DNA of 64,000 nt, from assembly GCA_964016885.1 (NCBI GenBank), contig OZ024741.1:351540001-351604000 (forward strand), given 5' to 3'. The position numbers and the translations under genes were made by a program. Below are positions 1 to 14,367 of the stretch, piece after piece. Below the pieces are notes generated by a model, which saw nothing but the letters and a program-made list of their open reading frames with translations, had not been told where the DNA came from and made no database searches. The stretch comes from Eledone cirrhosa (Eukaryota). Each line of letters opens with the position of its first letter. Position 1 is the stretch's first letter.

Positions 1-2
1 TA

Positions 3-649
3 AGCACACATAGCTAGGTAGGTAACTAATTAAAGTTTAACTAGAACTTCAAATGATTAATCTCCTTTGTATATATTTCTTTAAGTAAGAAATATATTTC
101 ACCAATTAATCCGGAAATCACAGTAGTCAAATTCCCGGATGGTCACCAAAGGAGAAGAAGATAACTATCTGCGTTTACAAAGCAAATGCAAATCTGTGAA
201 TGACTCGAAGCACGTGTTGCATTTTAAAAAAAATACACAGATTGGACAACGTCATCCCAGTGGCGTGAATAGGACCAAATTTTGGATATATATACGGCCC
301 CTTGATTGTTGAGCTAATTCAGTTGAATAGACTCGGCTGCTATTTCTGGCTGTCGATGGTCCTATTCACGCCACTGGGATGACGTTGTCCAATCTGTGTA
401 TTTTTTTTTAAATGCAACACGTGGTTCGAGTCATTCACAGATTTGCATTTGCTTTGTAAACGCAGATAGTTATCTTCTTCTCCTTTGGTGACCATCAGGG
501 AATTTGACTACTGTGATTTCCGGATTAATTGGTGAAATATATTTCTTACTTAAAGAAATATATACAAAGGAGATTAATCATTTTAAAAGGTATCTATATT
601 TGAGGTTCTAGTTAAACTTTAATTAGTTACCTACCTAGCTATGTGTGCT
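3..649. repeat. Long inverted repeat (foldback), ~275-290 bp arms, 79 bp spacer
   Basis: 3-277 is the reverse complement of 357-649, apart from a few substitutions and an ~18 bp extra segment in the right arm. Confidence 0.95.
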
Positions 650-826
650 GACATTCTTTACAAATTATTCCCTGTGATTGTTTCATATGTTTATTTTATA
701 TATATATATATGTCAATCTATTTCTAGTTGATATGTAATGCTCGGATCTTTTCGTTGGAATCTTTGAGCTTATTCTACAGTGGATATGGCGCATGTCTCT
801 CAGACATGAAAACCCTTAATTTTAAT

Positions 827-906
<80 letters not shown>

Positions 907-908
<2 letters not shown>

Positions 909-2368
909 CGTTTAGCAAGATTCTTTATCTGAAATCGTGTGTTGAAACCGATATTGTTATACTTTGGAGGGTCATGTTGCCAATAAGAAACACACGCACC
1001 AGTTGCTTTCACTTCAATTTATTATAATAAATTTATAATAAATATATAAATTTATAAATTTATGGTTGGTTGGTTGGTTCCACAACCAGATAGTTGTTTA
1101 TATATTGTCATAGTTCTTTCGTCACACACTCTGTGACCTCTTCTGTGACTGGGGATTCCTTTCTTTGTTTCTGTGCCTCTCCTTTGTTCTGTCCTACGCC
1201 ATTTTGTTTCTGTGTGTGTGTTGTGTGCTCAGTCTGCGCATGCGCCACATCCGGGTGTCTGTGTGTGTTTATGTTCATTTATTTATTTGTTTATTTACAT
1301 GTTACTGGTTGGTTGTTTGTTCTATGTGTGTGTGTGTTTTCATTTTGTCCTTAATTGTAAGTTGTGATGTTGCTGTTCCACTAATATTTTCTATTTAATT
1401 TTTGTTGTAATTCTTTTATGTTTATTGCCTCTGTAATTTGTCTAAACATTGCGTCTTTTCTGTGTGTAGATTCTATTTTTATTTCTATGCTCTCTAATTT
1501 ACCCTTGTGTTCTATTTTAGCATGTTGGTAGAGTACAGATGATTCTTTACTATCTTGAAGGTCTCGCCAGTGTTCATTTATCCGTTCCCCTACACTACGA
1601 GCTGTCTCACCTATGTACACTATATTTTTGTCTCTACATTGTCCTTCAGTACATCTTATGCTATATACTACATTTCTAGTTTTACAGTTAATATGGGGGC
1701 TTATTTTACAGGTTATACATTTCTTATCTATACATGAGGGTCTTTGAAAAGGGTATGTCTTGCTAATAAGTGTTTTTACGGAGGTACCTGGTCTTTCTAC
1801 TATCTTAATATTGAATTTATGTTTATTTAGGGCCCTTCTAAATTTGTAAGCTAATTCACCTCTAGGGGTTGTATCGATGAACATTACACTCTGGTATTTA
1901 TTGCTATCATACCATGAGTTTATTCTATTAGCCTTGTTCCTAGTTCTTTCTATTCTATTCCAAAATTTGCTCCTATACAAGGGGCAGGTCCCATTTATGT
2001 CATTATTTACCATTTTTTCCCATTTGGTTCTGGCTCCTCTATACACTCTGATTTTATCTCTCTGATTGTAGCCAGAGAACTGCATACGGTGGATGAAGTG
2101 TTGTATGTGTCTCTCTAGTTCTTCGGGGTTGCACATGCGGGACACGTTTCTCATCACCCGTACCAAATCCGCAATCAGTATGTTGATTTTGGTATGGTCC
2201 GAAACGGCCGAGTTTCGGTGGATCAGATGTTTGGAAGTCATGGGTTTGGCATAATGGGAATGGAGGATTTGTTTTTTGTTATTAATGGTATCTAACCAGA
2301 GCTCTGTGTCTAGTACAGGTAATCGATGGTTGGGGTGTCTACTTGGGTAGTCTATAGTAACTCTTTGA
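907..2368 (-). mobile_element. 5'-truncated Penelope-like element: RT thumb, Cys linker, GIY-YIG endonuclease and 3' UTR ending at (TA)n
   Basis: ORF 1381..2421 has LPVLD...HYAKPM, CxxxxCxxC and NVVYSIRC...YIGETARSVGERINEH. The N-terminal ~18 aa read into an unrelated neighbouring insert. Confidence 0.9.
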
Positions 2369-2371
2369 TAT

Positions 2372-2735
2372 TCAAAACAACAAACAGCGAAGGACGCGTT
2401 CCGCACTTGTCCGACAGACAACCTTTTCCCCCACCCCGGAAAAAACCCCAGTTGATGGATGTGAATCCGAAATATATAGGGACTATTAAATCTCTCCCAA
2501 GGTAACTCACTCTTGTGTTGTTATTTTATCCTTTATACTCTTCCCTTCATTCTACACATCTCACACATCTTATACACACCACGCATCTCAACGTACACCC
2601 ACTTACATCTCTCTCTCTCTCCACCACCGGACCTTGTTACCCGGAGATTTACCCATTTGCATTGTCGAGGCTTCCAAACGACTTAAAGATATTTACTTAT
2701 TGTTCCACAATGCTTCAAGCAAACTTCAATACTCT

Positions 2736-2737
<2 letters not shown>
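2372..2737 (+). mobile_element. PLE-type 3' terminal fragment with a degenerate hammerhead (2446-2481)
   Basis: ccc-CAGTTGA-t-ggat gtga atcc-GAAA-tata-TA-ggg, followed by attaaa; the fragment ends in (TA)n. Confidence 0.5.
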
Positions 2738-3348
<611 letters not shown>

Positions 3349-3445
3349 GACTTTTACAGGACAGGACTAGAACTGTTTTATTTGTATGAAATCATCAAGG
3401 ATGAATAAAACAGTTCTATTCCTCTAGCAGTAATTTCTATCTCTC

Positions 3446-4557
3446 TCTATATATACAATTCTTTGTCTGTCTGTTTGTCTGTTTGACTGTTTGTCTGTTC
3501 CTATGCATTCTCTAACGGCTGGACCAAATCAAATCAAATTTTACAAGGTATTAGACCCCGGGAGTGTCAACATGTAATTTTTACTTTCATTTAGATTAAA
3601 ACAATATAAGATTTTATCTAAAATAATATTTTTATAGTCAACTATAGTAAAACATGACGATGATGACGACGTCGGACGTTACATTTTGTATATGCGTGTG
3701 TATGTGTCTGTGAGTGTGTGTGTTTGTGCGTTCGTTATGTACGTTAGGCCTCAGAGAATTAAACACACATCCATCTACACATACATTCACATAATGTGTG
3801 TCAGTGTATGTGAGAGCATAGACGTCACATTTTGTATGTGTATGTGTCTGTCTTAGTATATGTATGTGAATGTATTTTAGAGTGTATGTGAGAGCATATG
3901 TGTGTGTCTGAGTGTATGTGTGTTTACTGACATAACTATATTTTCTTTAGTCAACTATAGTAAACCACTACCACCACCACCACCACCACCACCACCACCA
4001 CGACCACCACCACGTCACATGTTGTATATGAGTGTGCACACAGACAATTAAACACACAGACACACACATCTACTCATACAGATACATATGTGATGACAGA
4101 CAGGTGTGCGTGAATGTATGTCTGTGTGTGTCGGTCTTAGTATATGTATGTGAGTGTATGTGAGAGTGAATGTGTGGGTGAGTGTATGTGTGTGGGAGTG
4201 CATGGGTGATAATTTTTATTTTCATTTGGATTAAAACAATAGGACGTTACAATTTGTATATGGATGTGTATGTGTCTGTGAGTGTGTGTTTGCGCGTTCA
4301 TTAGGTACGTTATTAAGTACACACACACACATCTACATATACATGAATTACACAATGACTATTGGTAACTCTAAGGTGCTTCAAGATTGACAGATTTTCA
4401 TGTCTGAATTCTATTTTCATTACAATTTTGATATTTTTTTATAAAATATACATATTTTGAAATAATTATGAGAAAAAAAAACATATCTTCATATTTATTG
4501 TTTACTAATCTGAATAAGAACAGCAGTAACCCGGGCAACGCCGGGTAATTCAGCTAG
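3446..4557 (+). mobile_element. Non-autonomous Helitron
   Basis: TC-TATATA 5' start with a (GTCT)n-like tract; 3' hairpin cccgggcaacgccggg followed by CTAG (4554-4557) and T. Confidence 0.75.
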
Positions 4558-4611
4558 TATATAATAAAGATACCTATATTCTAACAATGTATTGAGTAAT
4601 TTTTTTTAAAT

Positions 4612-4762
4612 TGGCAGAGTTATTACAATGTCGGATATAATGTTTTATGGTATTCATTTCGGATCTCTGCTCTCTGGATTCAAATACCGCCGAGGTCAAC
4701 TTTGTCTTTTATCCTTCCGAGGTTGAGAAAAAAAAGTACCAGTCTAGTACTGGGGTCGATTA
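4612..4762 (+). mobile_element. tRNA-derived SINE, family 1 (diverged)
   Basis: B-box-like gattcaaatacc, then gccgaggtcaactttgtctttatcct...gtaccagt...ctggggtcgat, shared with 28013-28200. Confidence 0.65.
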
Positions 4763-4884
4763 TTCTTCTATATCTCTTTCTCGTTTCCTCTCTTTCACTT
4801 TCTATCTTTCTCTGACCTGGAGAGGGATGGGCTCCGCCATGTTTAAAAATGCTCAAGAATCGCCGTATGTTAATACGGCGCCCC

Positions 4885-5185
4885 AACGACTCTCTAAGGA
4901 GTTACGAGATAAGAGAGTTGAGCTTGAAATCGAAAGGTTGTGCGTTGTGTCCTTGAGCAAGACACTTTATTTCAGATTACTCAGCTGTAGAAATGAGTTG
5001 CACCGTCACTAGTGCCTAGCTGTGATTGGCTTTCCCTTGGTCAGCATCGGAGATGTGGAGAGCGGAGACTGCTATGCATGGGCGACTGTTGGTCTTCTAC
5101 ATACAACCTTGCCCGGATTTGTGCCTCGGAGTAGAACTTTCTAGGTGCAAATCCCATGGCCATTCGTGACTGAAGTAGGTCTTTA
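4885..5185 (+). mobile_element. SINE, family 2 (diverged)
   Basis: gttgtgtccttgagcaagacactttatttca is shared with 61918-62200. Confidence 0.55.
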
Positions 5186-5493
5186 CGCATATGTACGTAC
5201 GAATGTATATTTGTATGTATGTGAGTGTGTTTGTATGTATGTACGTGTGTTTGTATGTATGTATGTAGTGTGTTTGTATGTATGTACATGTGTTTGCATG
5301 CATGTATGTACGTGTGTTTGCATGCATGTATGTATACAGACATGTGTACACATACATACGTGTGTGCGTGCCTATCTAATATGTACAGCATGTATATATA
5401 TACATTTAATCTTAGTCTTGGGGTATCTGTGTGTGTGTGTGTTTATGCATATATATATGTGAGTATTACATGTGTGTGTATGTATGTCTGCTA

Positions 5494-5790
5494 AAAAGAG
5501 CAGCCAAAGGTGTCAAAAATACGAAACAAGAAAAACGCACCACAAAACGAAATAAGGGCATAACGACAAAATGAAATAGAAATGTAAGACGAGAAAAACA
5601 AGAGGCACAAAAAATCGATAGTCATTGAGGTGGTTACAGATTAGTGTGACGAAAGAGCTTTGACGGAAGAGTAAAGATAAAGTGAAAGTTATATGGTACG
5701 TGTGTTCAATTGGCAAAATGACCACCCCCAAAATATAACAATATCGGTTTCAAAACAAGATTTCAAATCAAGATTCTTGCTGAAGAAATA
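5494..5790 (+). mobile_element. Diverged 3' terminus related to the PLE at 907-2368
   Basis: The reverse complement of 5680-5783 aligns to 911-1018 (tgaaaccgatattgttata...ggtcat.ttgccaat). Confidence 0.7.
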
Positions 5791-5810
5791 CATAAACATA
5801 TATACATAAA

Positions 5811-5886
<76 letters not shown>

Positions 5887-5901
5887 TACACACACACACA
5901 C

Positions 5902-5966
<65 letters not shown>

Positions 5967-5969
<3 letters not shown>

Positions 5970-6243
5970 GAAAAAGTGAAGAATAACATGGTCAACAGTA
6001 CAAAAATGGGGAATTTATTTACAGTCTAACAATTGTTTCTTTGATTAAGTTGTCTAAAAATTGCTGAACATTAGAAGCAGTGCCACTCAATTTTAAATAC
6101 GTTGTCAGCTCAATCAGAACATCAGAGACTAGCCATCTACGTAAACCTCTTGTTGAGTCGAACAACGCCGTACGCTAAAACTATCCCTAATTAGAAGTAT
6201 TCACAACCTCTAACTGGATTACTTATAACGATATTTTGTTATC

Positions 6244-6248
<5 letters not shown>
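5967..6248. mobile_element. PLE family C fragment, two arms in opposite orientation, flanked by (TA)n
   Basis: 5967-6135 matches 30218-30380 directly; 6143-6248 matches 30048-30152 inverted. Confidence 0.8.
6023..6130 (-). ncRNA. Type I hammerhead ribozyme motif (family C, A9U core change)
   Basis: agtct-CTGATGT-tctgattgag...cttaatcaaa-GAAA-c aatt g-TT-agact. Confidence 0.7.
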
Positions 6249-6303
<55 letters not shown>

Positions 6304-6565
6304 GTGTATATATATATATATATCTGTGTGTATATATATATACGTACGTACATATATACTTCTTTCTCTTCCCCTCCTTTTATTTCGTTACGAAATATTC
6401 CCGCCTTTTATTAACCTCCAGATTAACTTCTGAAACATGTAGCTTTATTATTAACGACCACCCACTATAGCCACCTCATTTCCATCTGACTAAAGCTCCA
6501 TATAGTCTACCCCAGAACAACCACTCATATACAGTCAGAAACATATTCACATGAATACAAATGTC

Positions 6566-7726
<1,161 letters not shown>

Positions 7727-7737
7727 CATTTCTGAAT

Positions 7738-8530
<793 letters not shown>

Positions 8531-8605
8531 AGGTTGACGACCGAGAGAAAAGAATACTCAATACTGAAGTTGAGTTTAAATATTAATTTTATTACGGCTA
8601 AATAG

Positions 8606-8702
<97 letters not shown>

Positions 8703-8709
8703 TATATAC

Positions 8710-8859
<150 letters not shown>

Positions 8860-9006
8860 CTGTGAGAGAAAAGAATACTCAATACTGAAGTTGAGTTTAA
8901 ATATTAATTTTATTACGGCTTAATAGTGAGCCTTTTTACTCTGGAATTTCGCCTGCTTGAAACTATAGAGGAAGAAGACTCACTAGTTAGCCTTAATAAA
9001 ACGAAT

Positions 9007-9490
9007 ACACGAGGTGTGACAGAAAAGAAACTCGACAGGAGTCACAAAAATATATTTCGAGTCCAAAGTTTTCCCCTTCGAAATAATCCCCCTCGAGTCT
9101 AACGAACTTTCCCATCCTTTTCTGCCACACCTCCATGCACTCTTGGAAGGATTCTCCCGGGATTCTCCGCAGCTCTGTCGTCACGACCCCCCCCCCCCTT
9201 AATGTCTCTTGTGCTGAATCTCCGGGTCGTCCTCATAGATCCATTACTCATCACCAGTGATGACTCTCCTCAGCAAGTCTGGTTCGGTTTCAAGAAACTC
9301 GAGGATTTCGTGCACATCAGCATACGCTGCTCCTTCTGGTCATCATTCGGTAGCTTCGGCACCATCTTTGCGCAGATCTTCGTGCAGATCTTCTGTATGT
9401 TCAAATCGATGATAATCTTCCAGCCGTTGTCGTGGTTCATGCTCAGCTCCCTTGCGATCAGTTGAGTGGTCAGCCGACAATCACCACGCA
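9007..9490 (-). mobile_element. Tc1/mariner fragment
   Basis: TA-cacgaggtgtgacagaaaag TIR-like end; peptides KICAKMVPKL..DQKEQR and FQECMEVWQKRMGKFVRLEGDYFEG. Confidence 0.8.
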
Positions 9491-10262
9491 CACCTGCCTC
9501 ACATACTTCAGAACATTGCCATCAAGAGTGATGGGAACATCGGGACGCCCGTGCTCTGGTTGTCTTTGTTTAATATCTTCTACTTGTCTGGGGGTGGTTG
9601 GCTTTAGTTGATGTACCACCTCAGTCTTCTTAATGCTGATTGTTAAACCAAACGCCTTACAGGCAAGCGAGAAACGGCTCAACAATTCTCGAGCCTCTTA
9701 GGGATGTTACAATAAATGCAGCAGCAGCAGTAGCAGTAGCAGCAGCAAATTGAATCACGAATAGCACTTGTTCGTGTAAGTGATTTAGCCTTAAAGCGCT
9801 GATGGTTGAATAGCCCACCTGATGTACGGAATTCAAACTTGACAACAGTGTTTAAGTCGCCAAATGAACCCTGGAGCATTATAGATAGGAACAAAACAGA
9901 GAAAACAAGAGCCTTGACACTCCCTGTTGTGTACCGTCTGTGACACCAAGGGGTTCAGAGTATTCGCCATTTAACATAACTGATACTTTAATGCCCTCAT
10001 GAAAAGACATGATGACATTCAGCATATTGTCAGGTACGTCAAGCTTTTCGAAGATTTTCTAGAGAGCTTTGCGATTGACAGAGTCAAAGGCTTTGGTCAA
10101 GTCGACAAAGATCATAAACAGTTCCTGGTTCTTTTTACGAACCTACGCTGTAACCTGGTGAAGGGAGATGATCATGCCAATAGTACCCCGATCTGTGCGA
10201 GAGCCACATTGTGTTTCAGGGTAGATATCATCAACAAGTTTGGGTGTAATTCTGTTGAGAAT
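9491..10262 (-). mobile_element. RTE/BovB-like LINE RT fragment, decayed
   Basis: FGLTISIKKTEVVHQ (ORF 9470..9685); the minus strand at 10075-10115 encodes FVDLTKAFDSVNR. Confidence 0.8.
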
Positions 10263-10509
10263 GGGATGTCATCTTTACCAGGAACTTTATTGGATGGCAG
10301 CTGGTTAATAGCGGTTTATACTTCATTCAAGCTTGGGTTGAATTTTCTAGTGGTCTTGGATTTTCTTACCTTAAGTTGCTCGCACATTGCTCGGTTTGTT
10401 GTTTTTTTCGCTGTTTTGTTATTGTTTTCTCCTTTCTTCCCTTTTGCTTTCCTTCCCTCCCTCCTCCGTTTTCCCAATAACTTATCCAGTTATTGACACC
10501 CTGGGACGA

Positions 10510-10570
10510 GATATATTGTCTTTAAAGCGTAGAAATATCCGAGACCCCCAGTAGACAACTGATGAGGGAC
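10510..10570 (+). ncRNA. Candidate non-circularly permuted hammerhead ribozyme (site-GAAA-CUGAUGA order)
   Basis: gataT-A-ttgtct...GAAA-tatc...agacaa-CTGATGA-gggac; same spacing as, and covarying with, 58631-58691. Confidence 0.65.
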
Positions 10571-11016
10571 CCCCCGTTCTTGCTTTCTTCGTATTCCCAC
10601 TGCATTTTAAGTTACCTTAAATAGCAACTTCACAGCCATTTCTATTCTCCATATATTTCATCATGTTTTCGCTGTGACCATTCTTCTCTCCCCTTCTACC
10701 TACCTATTTCGCTACTTTCTACTCTCACGCCTCTTTCTTCCACTCCCATTCTGCCTATCTACTCTTACCCCACTTTCTTCCTCTCCCTTTCTCACTCTCC
10801 CTTTCACCCCCTCGCCTAACCGTTTAGCAGTTCTCTTCTTACTTACAACTGCGGGGATCAGACGTGTGTCTTTTTTCTCTCGACCACTCAGTCTTGAACT
10901 TAAGTTCTCTTATCGTGTGGTCTTGACGAAATGCGCAGGTTGGTTTGGTTACTCCGGAGTAGTGTAAAATAAAGTTAAATAAAAAGTCAAATGATTAAAA
11001 TTTAGCTTCGTTTATT

Positions 11017-11071
11017 ACTGCTATATATATTTCAGTGACAGCCATCTTTGGCTGTGACCTCTTCAGGCAGT
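11017..11071 (-). ncRNA. Minimal type I hammerhead ribozyme (left arm copy)
   Basis: Reverse complement of 11316-11370. Confidence 0.85.
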
Positions 11072-11315
11072 TTGAATTAGTATGGTATAGACAAGTACAT
11101 ATGTTGTTGAGGTGTATAATATTGTCAATACTCTGATATGCCCAGTTCCTGGTTGGGTTGTTATTTCACTGAGGAACTGGAATCATATAACTGGAATCAT
11201 ATGATTCCAGTTCCCCAGTGAAATAACAACCCAACCAGGAACTGGGCATATCAGAGTATTGACAATATTATACACCTCAACAACATATGTACTTGTCTAT
11301 ACCATACTAATTCAA

Positions 11316-11370
11316 ACTGCCTGAAGAGGTCACAGCCAAAGATGGCTGTCACTGAAATATATATAGCAGT
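11316..11370 (+). ncRNA. Minimal type I hammerhead ribozyme
   Basis: actgc-CTGAAGA-ggtcacagcc aaagat ggctgtcact-GAAA-t atat a-TA-gcagt, followed by AATAAA. Confidence 0.85.
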
Positions 11371-11411
11371 AATAAACGAAGCTAAATTTTAATCATTTGA
11401 CTTTTTATTTA

Positions 11412-11484
<73 letters not shown>

Positions 11485-11487
<3 letters not shown>

Positions 11488-11560
11488 AACAAGTAGGACC
11501 CCGACGGCTGAGTACTTTGGTGCGTTATGGTCCATCTGGTTCCTTACCATATTTCCTTCG

Positions 11561-11562
<2 letters not shown>
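11485..11562. mobile_element. Short family B insertion: inverted arm fused to the 3' end
   Basis: Matches 2828-2856 joined to 3009-3062 via the shared TGAG; (TA)n on both sides. Confidence 0.8.
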
Positions 11563-11613
<51 letters not shown>

Positions 11614-11852
11614 ACTTATAGCATGAGCCCCCTTAACAATCCACTACCACACATATCACCCCACCCTAAACACCGCAACCTTTCATCCTTATAATAAACC
11701 ACACACCACCACACCCACCCCCCACATACACTACAGGCAAAATCATCCCTAGGAATTAATCCACCAATCAAAACAAACTTCACTGACCACCATACGGACA
11801 TCAGAATTTATCATACGGCATGTATATTCATTTTTCCATTACCATTACAAGG

Positions 11853-11937
11853 AGTCTGATGAGCCGCGGATTACAGAGTCGGGTCAGATCGATACAGATC
11901 GAACCTTGAGCTGATCAGTGGCGAAACGCGCGTCACT
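11853..11937 (+). ncRNA. Minimal type I hammerhead ribozyme in a PLE-type 3' end (11615-11990)
   Basis: agt-CTGATGA-gccgc...gtggc-GAAA-c gcgc g-TC-act, followed by AATAAA and (TA)n. Confidence 0.85.
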
Positions 11938-11986
11938 AACCAATAAACGTAATGAAGGAGTAACCAATCGTCCTTGTTATTTTATT

Positions 11987-12009
<23 letters not shown>

Positions 12010-12022
<13 letters not shown>

Positions 12023-13343
12023 GGAAGATGTCTGTCTGTGTGTGTGTATGATTTTTATGCATTTTCACATTTCTCTACCGATTTTGATGATTTTTTTCCA
12101 ATGTGCTCCAAATTTACCAACGATGGTCAACGCGTAATAAACTTTGCCAAACATTTCCTGCTTCTATGAAAAAAGTCAACAAAACTAAATACATGCTGTA
12201 ACCCTCTCTCTTACACGCTTATTCACTCTCTCTACTACCCAACAGCGACAAAACTTCGTTCAGGAACGCGACATAAACTTTGAAAACTAAGCAACACATC
12301 ATTTTATACAACAACAAACATAGTCATAACGCTCTCTCCGTCGCTCTTCCCTCTCTCTATAATAGATCATTCCCCCTCTCTATAATTTAACTGCTTTACT
12401 CTCTTCATGCTTTAAGGTTTAACACACCTCCCTATAGTTTCTTCACTCTCTATATGACAGCACTGTTTTTCACACTTCCCTATAGTTTCATAGCTTTACT
12501 CTCTCCATCGCTCTTCCCTCTCTCTATAATAGATTATTCCCCCTCTCTATAATGCAACTGCTGGGGGGTCATTGGAGTTCCGTATTGACATACGGCTTTT
12601 CTGAGGTATTTTAAATCGGTTTATTGCAAATAACAACCCGCAAAATAACACTTCATATAACAGATTAATGCTATAGACATATGAATCGAAATGTATAAAT
12701 TATTTATTTTTTACGACTTTCATTGGTTAAATATGACAACACCCATAGTGTTGTACTTCTGGCAATTCTACCGAATACACTGCCAAGGATGAACCTTTTT
12801 CACTCGGCGTCAGATATCCCGTTCTATTTCCGGCGATCCCAATTCGCGGTGAGACCATGTTTTGCCATGTTCATTAACAAGTCACAAGGCAAACATTGTC
12901 GGTGGCGGGCATTTTGGGGGAGCCATGCTTCTCACATGGTCAACTTTATGTTGCCTGTTCCCGCGTAGGGAGCAGGAATGGACTTTTTGCTTACACTCCT
13001 CAAGGGATGACACGCAATATCGTCTACAAAGAGGTGCTATAGATGTTGGTGCAGGTGTTGGAGGAGTTGGAGCTATGCCGTCTGGAAAACTATTTCTTGG
13101 TAGGGTCACTCATGGCGGACAGATCTGACACCCAGCGGCATCAGGGCCACCATCTTGCAAATTTGGTCTGTTAAATTCGCTATTGATTATCCAAAATGCT
13201 AATTGGTTTGTAACTTTTAATAACCGGTTCAACTGCTTTATGCACTTAATTGATAAGCTTATTCGCTTTCAAGCCACGTTTACCTGTATGTAACTTTTCA
13301 TAGCAAATGAACAAACCCGAGCAACGCCGGGCTAAACTGCTAG
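12010..13343 (+). mobile_element. Internally deleted Helitron retaining the Pif1-helicase C-terminus
   Basis: LPRMNL..SDIPFYFRRSQFAVRPCFAMFINKSQG, then frameshifted FSHGQLYVACSRV (12780-12970); 3' cccgagcaacgccggg...CTAG. Confidence 0.88.
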
Positions 13344-13356
13344 TATATATATATAT

Positions 13357-13430
<74 letters not shown>

Positions 13431-13580
13431 TGCGGTGCTGAGATTGGGAAGACATCTAATCATGGGTACTAAATGTATGGGGTGATGCAGAACGGGTATA
13501 GATATATGTAAAATCTCAACCGCTTGGCGCCGCAGTCGAGATTTATCTCCCTCTTTATCTCTCTCTATATATATATATAG

Positions 13581-13655
<75 letters not shown>

Positions 13656-13691
13656 GAGAGACAGGGGGTAGAAAGAGAGAGAGAGAAAGAG

Positions 13692-13725
<34 letters not shown>

Positions 13726-13946
13726 GGAAAGAGAGAGAGAGATGGAGGGAGGTAGGGAGGGAGGGGGGGAGGGAGGGAGGGAGGGAGGGAGGGAAGGAGG
13801 GAGGTATTTAATCAAAAGGGATAGAGAACCACCAGAGTGAAGACCATATTGTCTACGAAAGGAAAGGAGAATACAGATCAATTAAAAGAATAAATTAAAA
13901 TGTATAAACCATCCAATAATAATTATTACACCGGGTCATGCTCTAA

Positions 13947-14005
13947 CTATAGCATGTTTCGCCACAAAAAGTGAAGATCCTATATTGTAGAGGGCTCGTC
14001 GGTAG
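13947..14005 (-). ncRNA. Degenerate hammerhead (CCGACGA core)
   Basis: cta-CCGACGA-gcc...ggc-GAAA-catgc-TA-tag. Confidence 0.5.
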
Positions 14006-14063
14006 GTAGTCTAACAATATGGTCTACACTTCTAAAAATATATTAGATAACTAAAATACGAAA

Positions 14064-14125
<62 letters not shown>

Positions 14126-14367
14126 TTTTCTTTATTAACCACAAGGGTTTACATAAAGTAGACATTAAGGACAGTACAGGACAATACAGGACGGTACAAA
14201 TGGGCATTTCTGCGTGTAAAAAAAGAGGATGTAATAAAAAATAACAATGAAAAATTCCCCAATAGGGGGGAGACTTCCGAGGGACATTTGTGGAGAAAGC
14301 CCATTAAAATACCACAGTGACCCTGACCACCAGGGCAAGTGCCCTCTCCCAGTTTTCCACCTTTAAT

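Larger units (their letters stand above)
10969..11418. repeat. Near-perfect ~220 bp-arm palindrome of a PLE 3' end
   Basis: 10969-11188 is inverted relative to 11199-11418, with a tandem aactggaatcatat duplication at the centre; the right arm abuts (TA)n. Confidence 0.95.

Noticed and set aside
925-962. Antisense CTGAAAT...GAAA...GTT as an HHR
   Set aside because: Core mismatches, no stem II, and opposite strand to the PLE ORF.
12720-13200. Possible captured host exon inside a Helitron
   Set aside because: The plus strand encodes the Helitron's own Pif1 helicase motifs.
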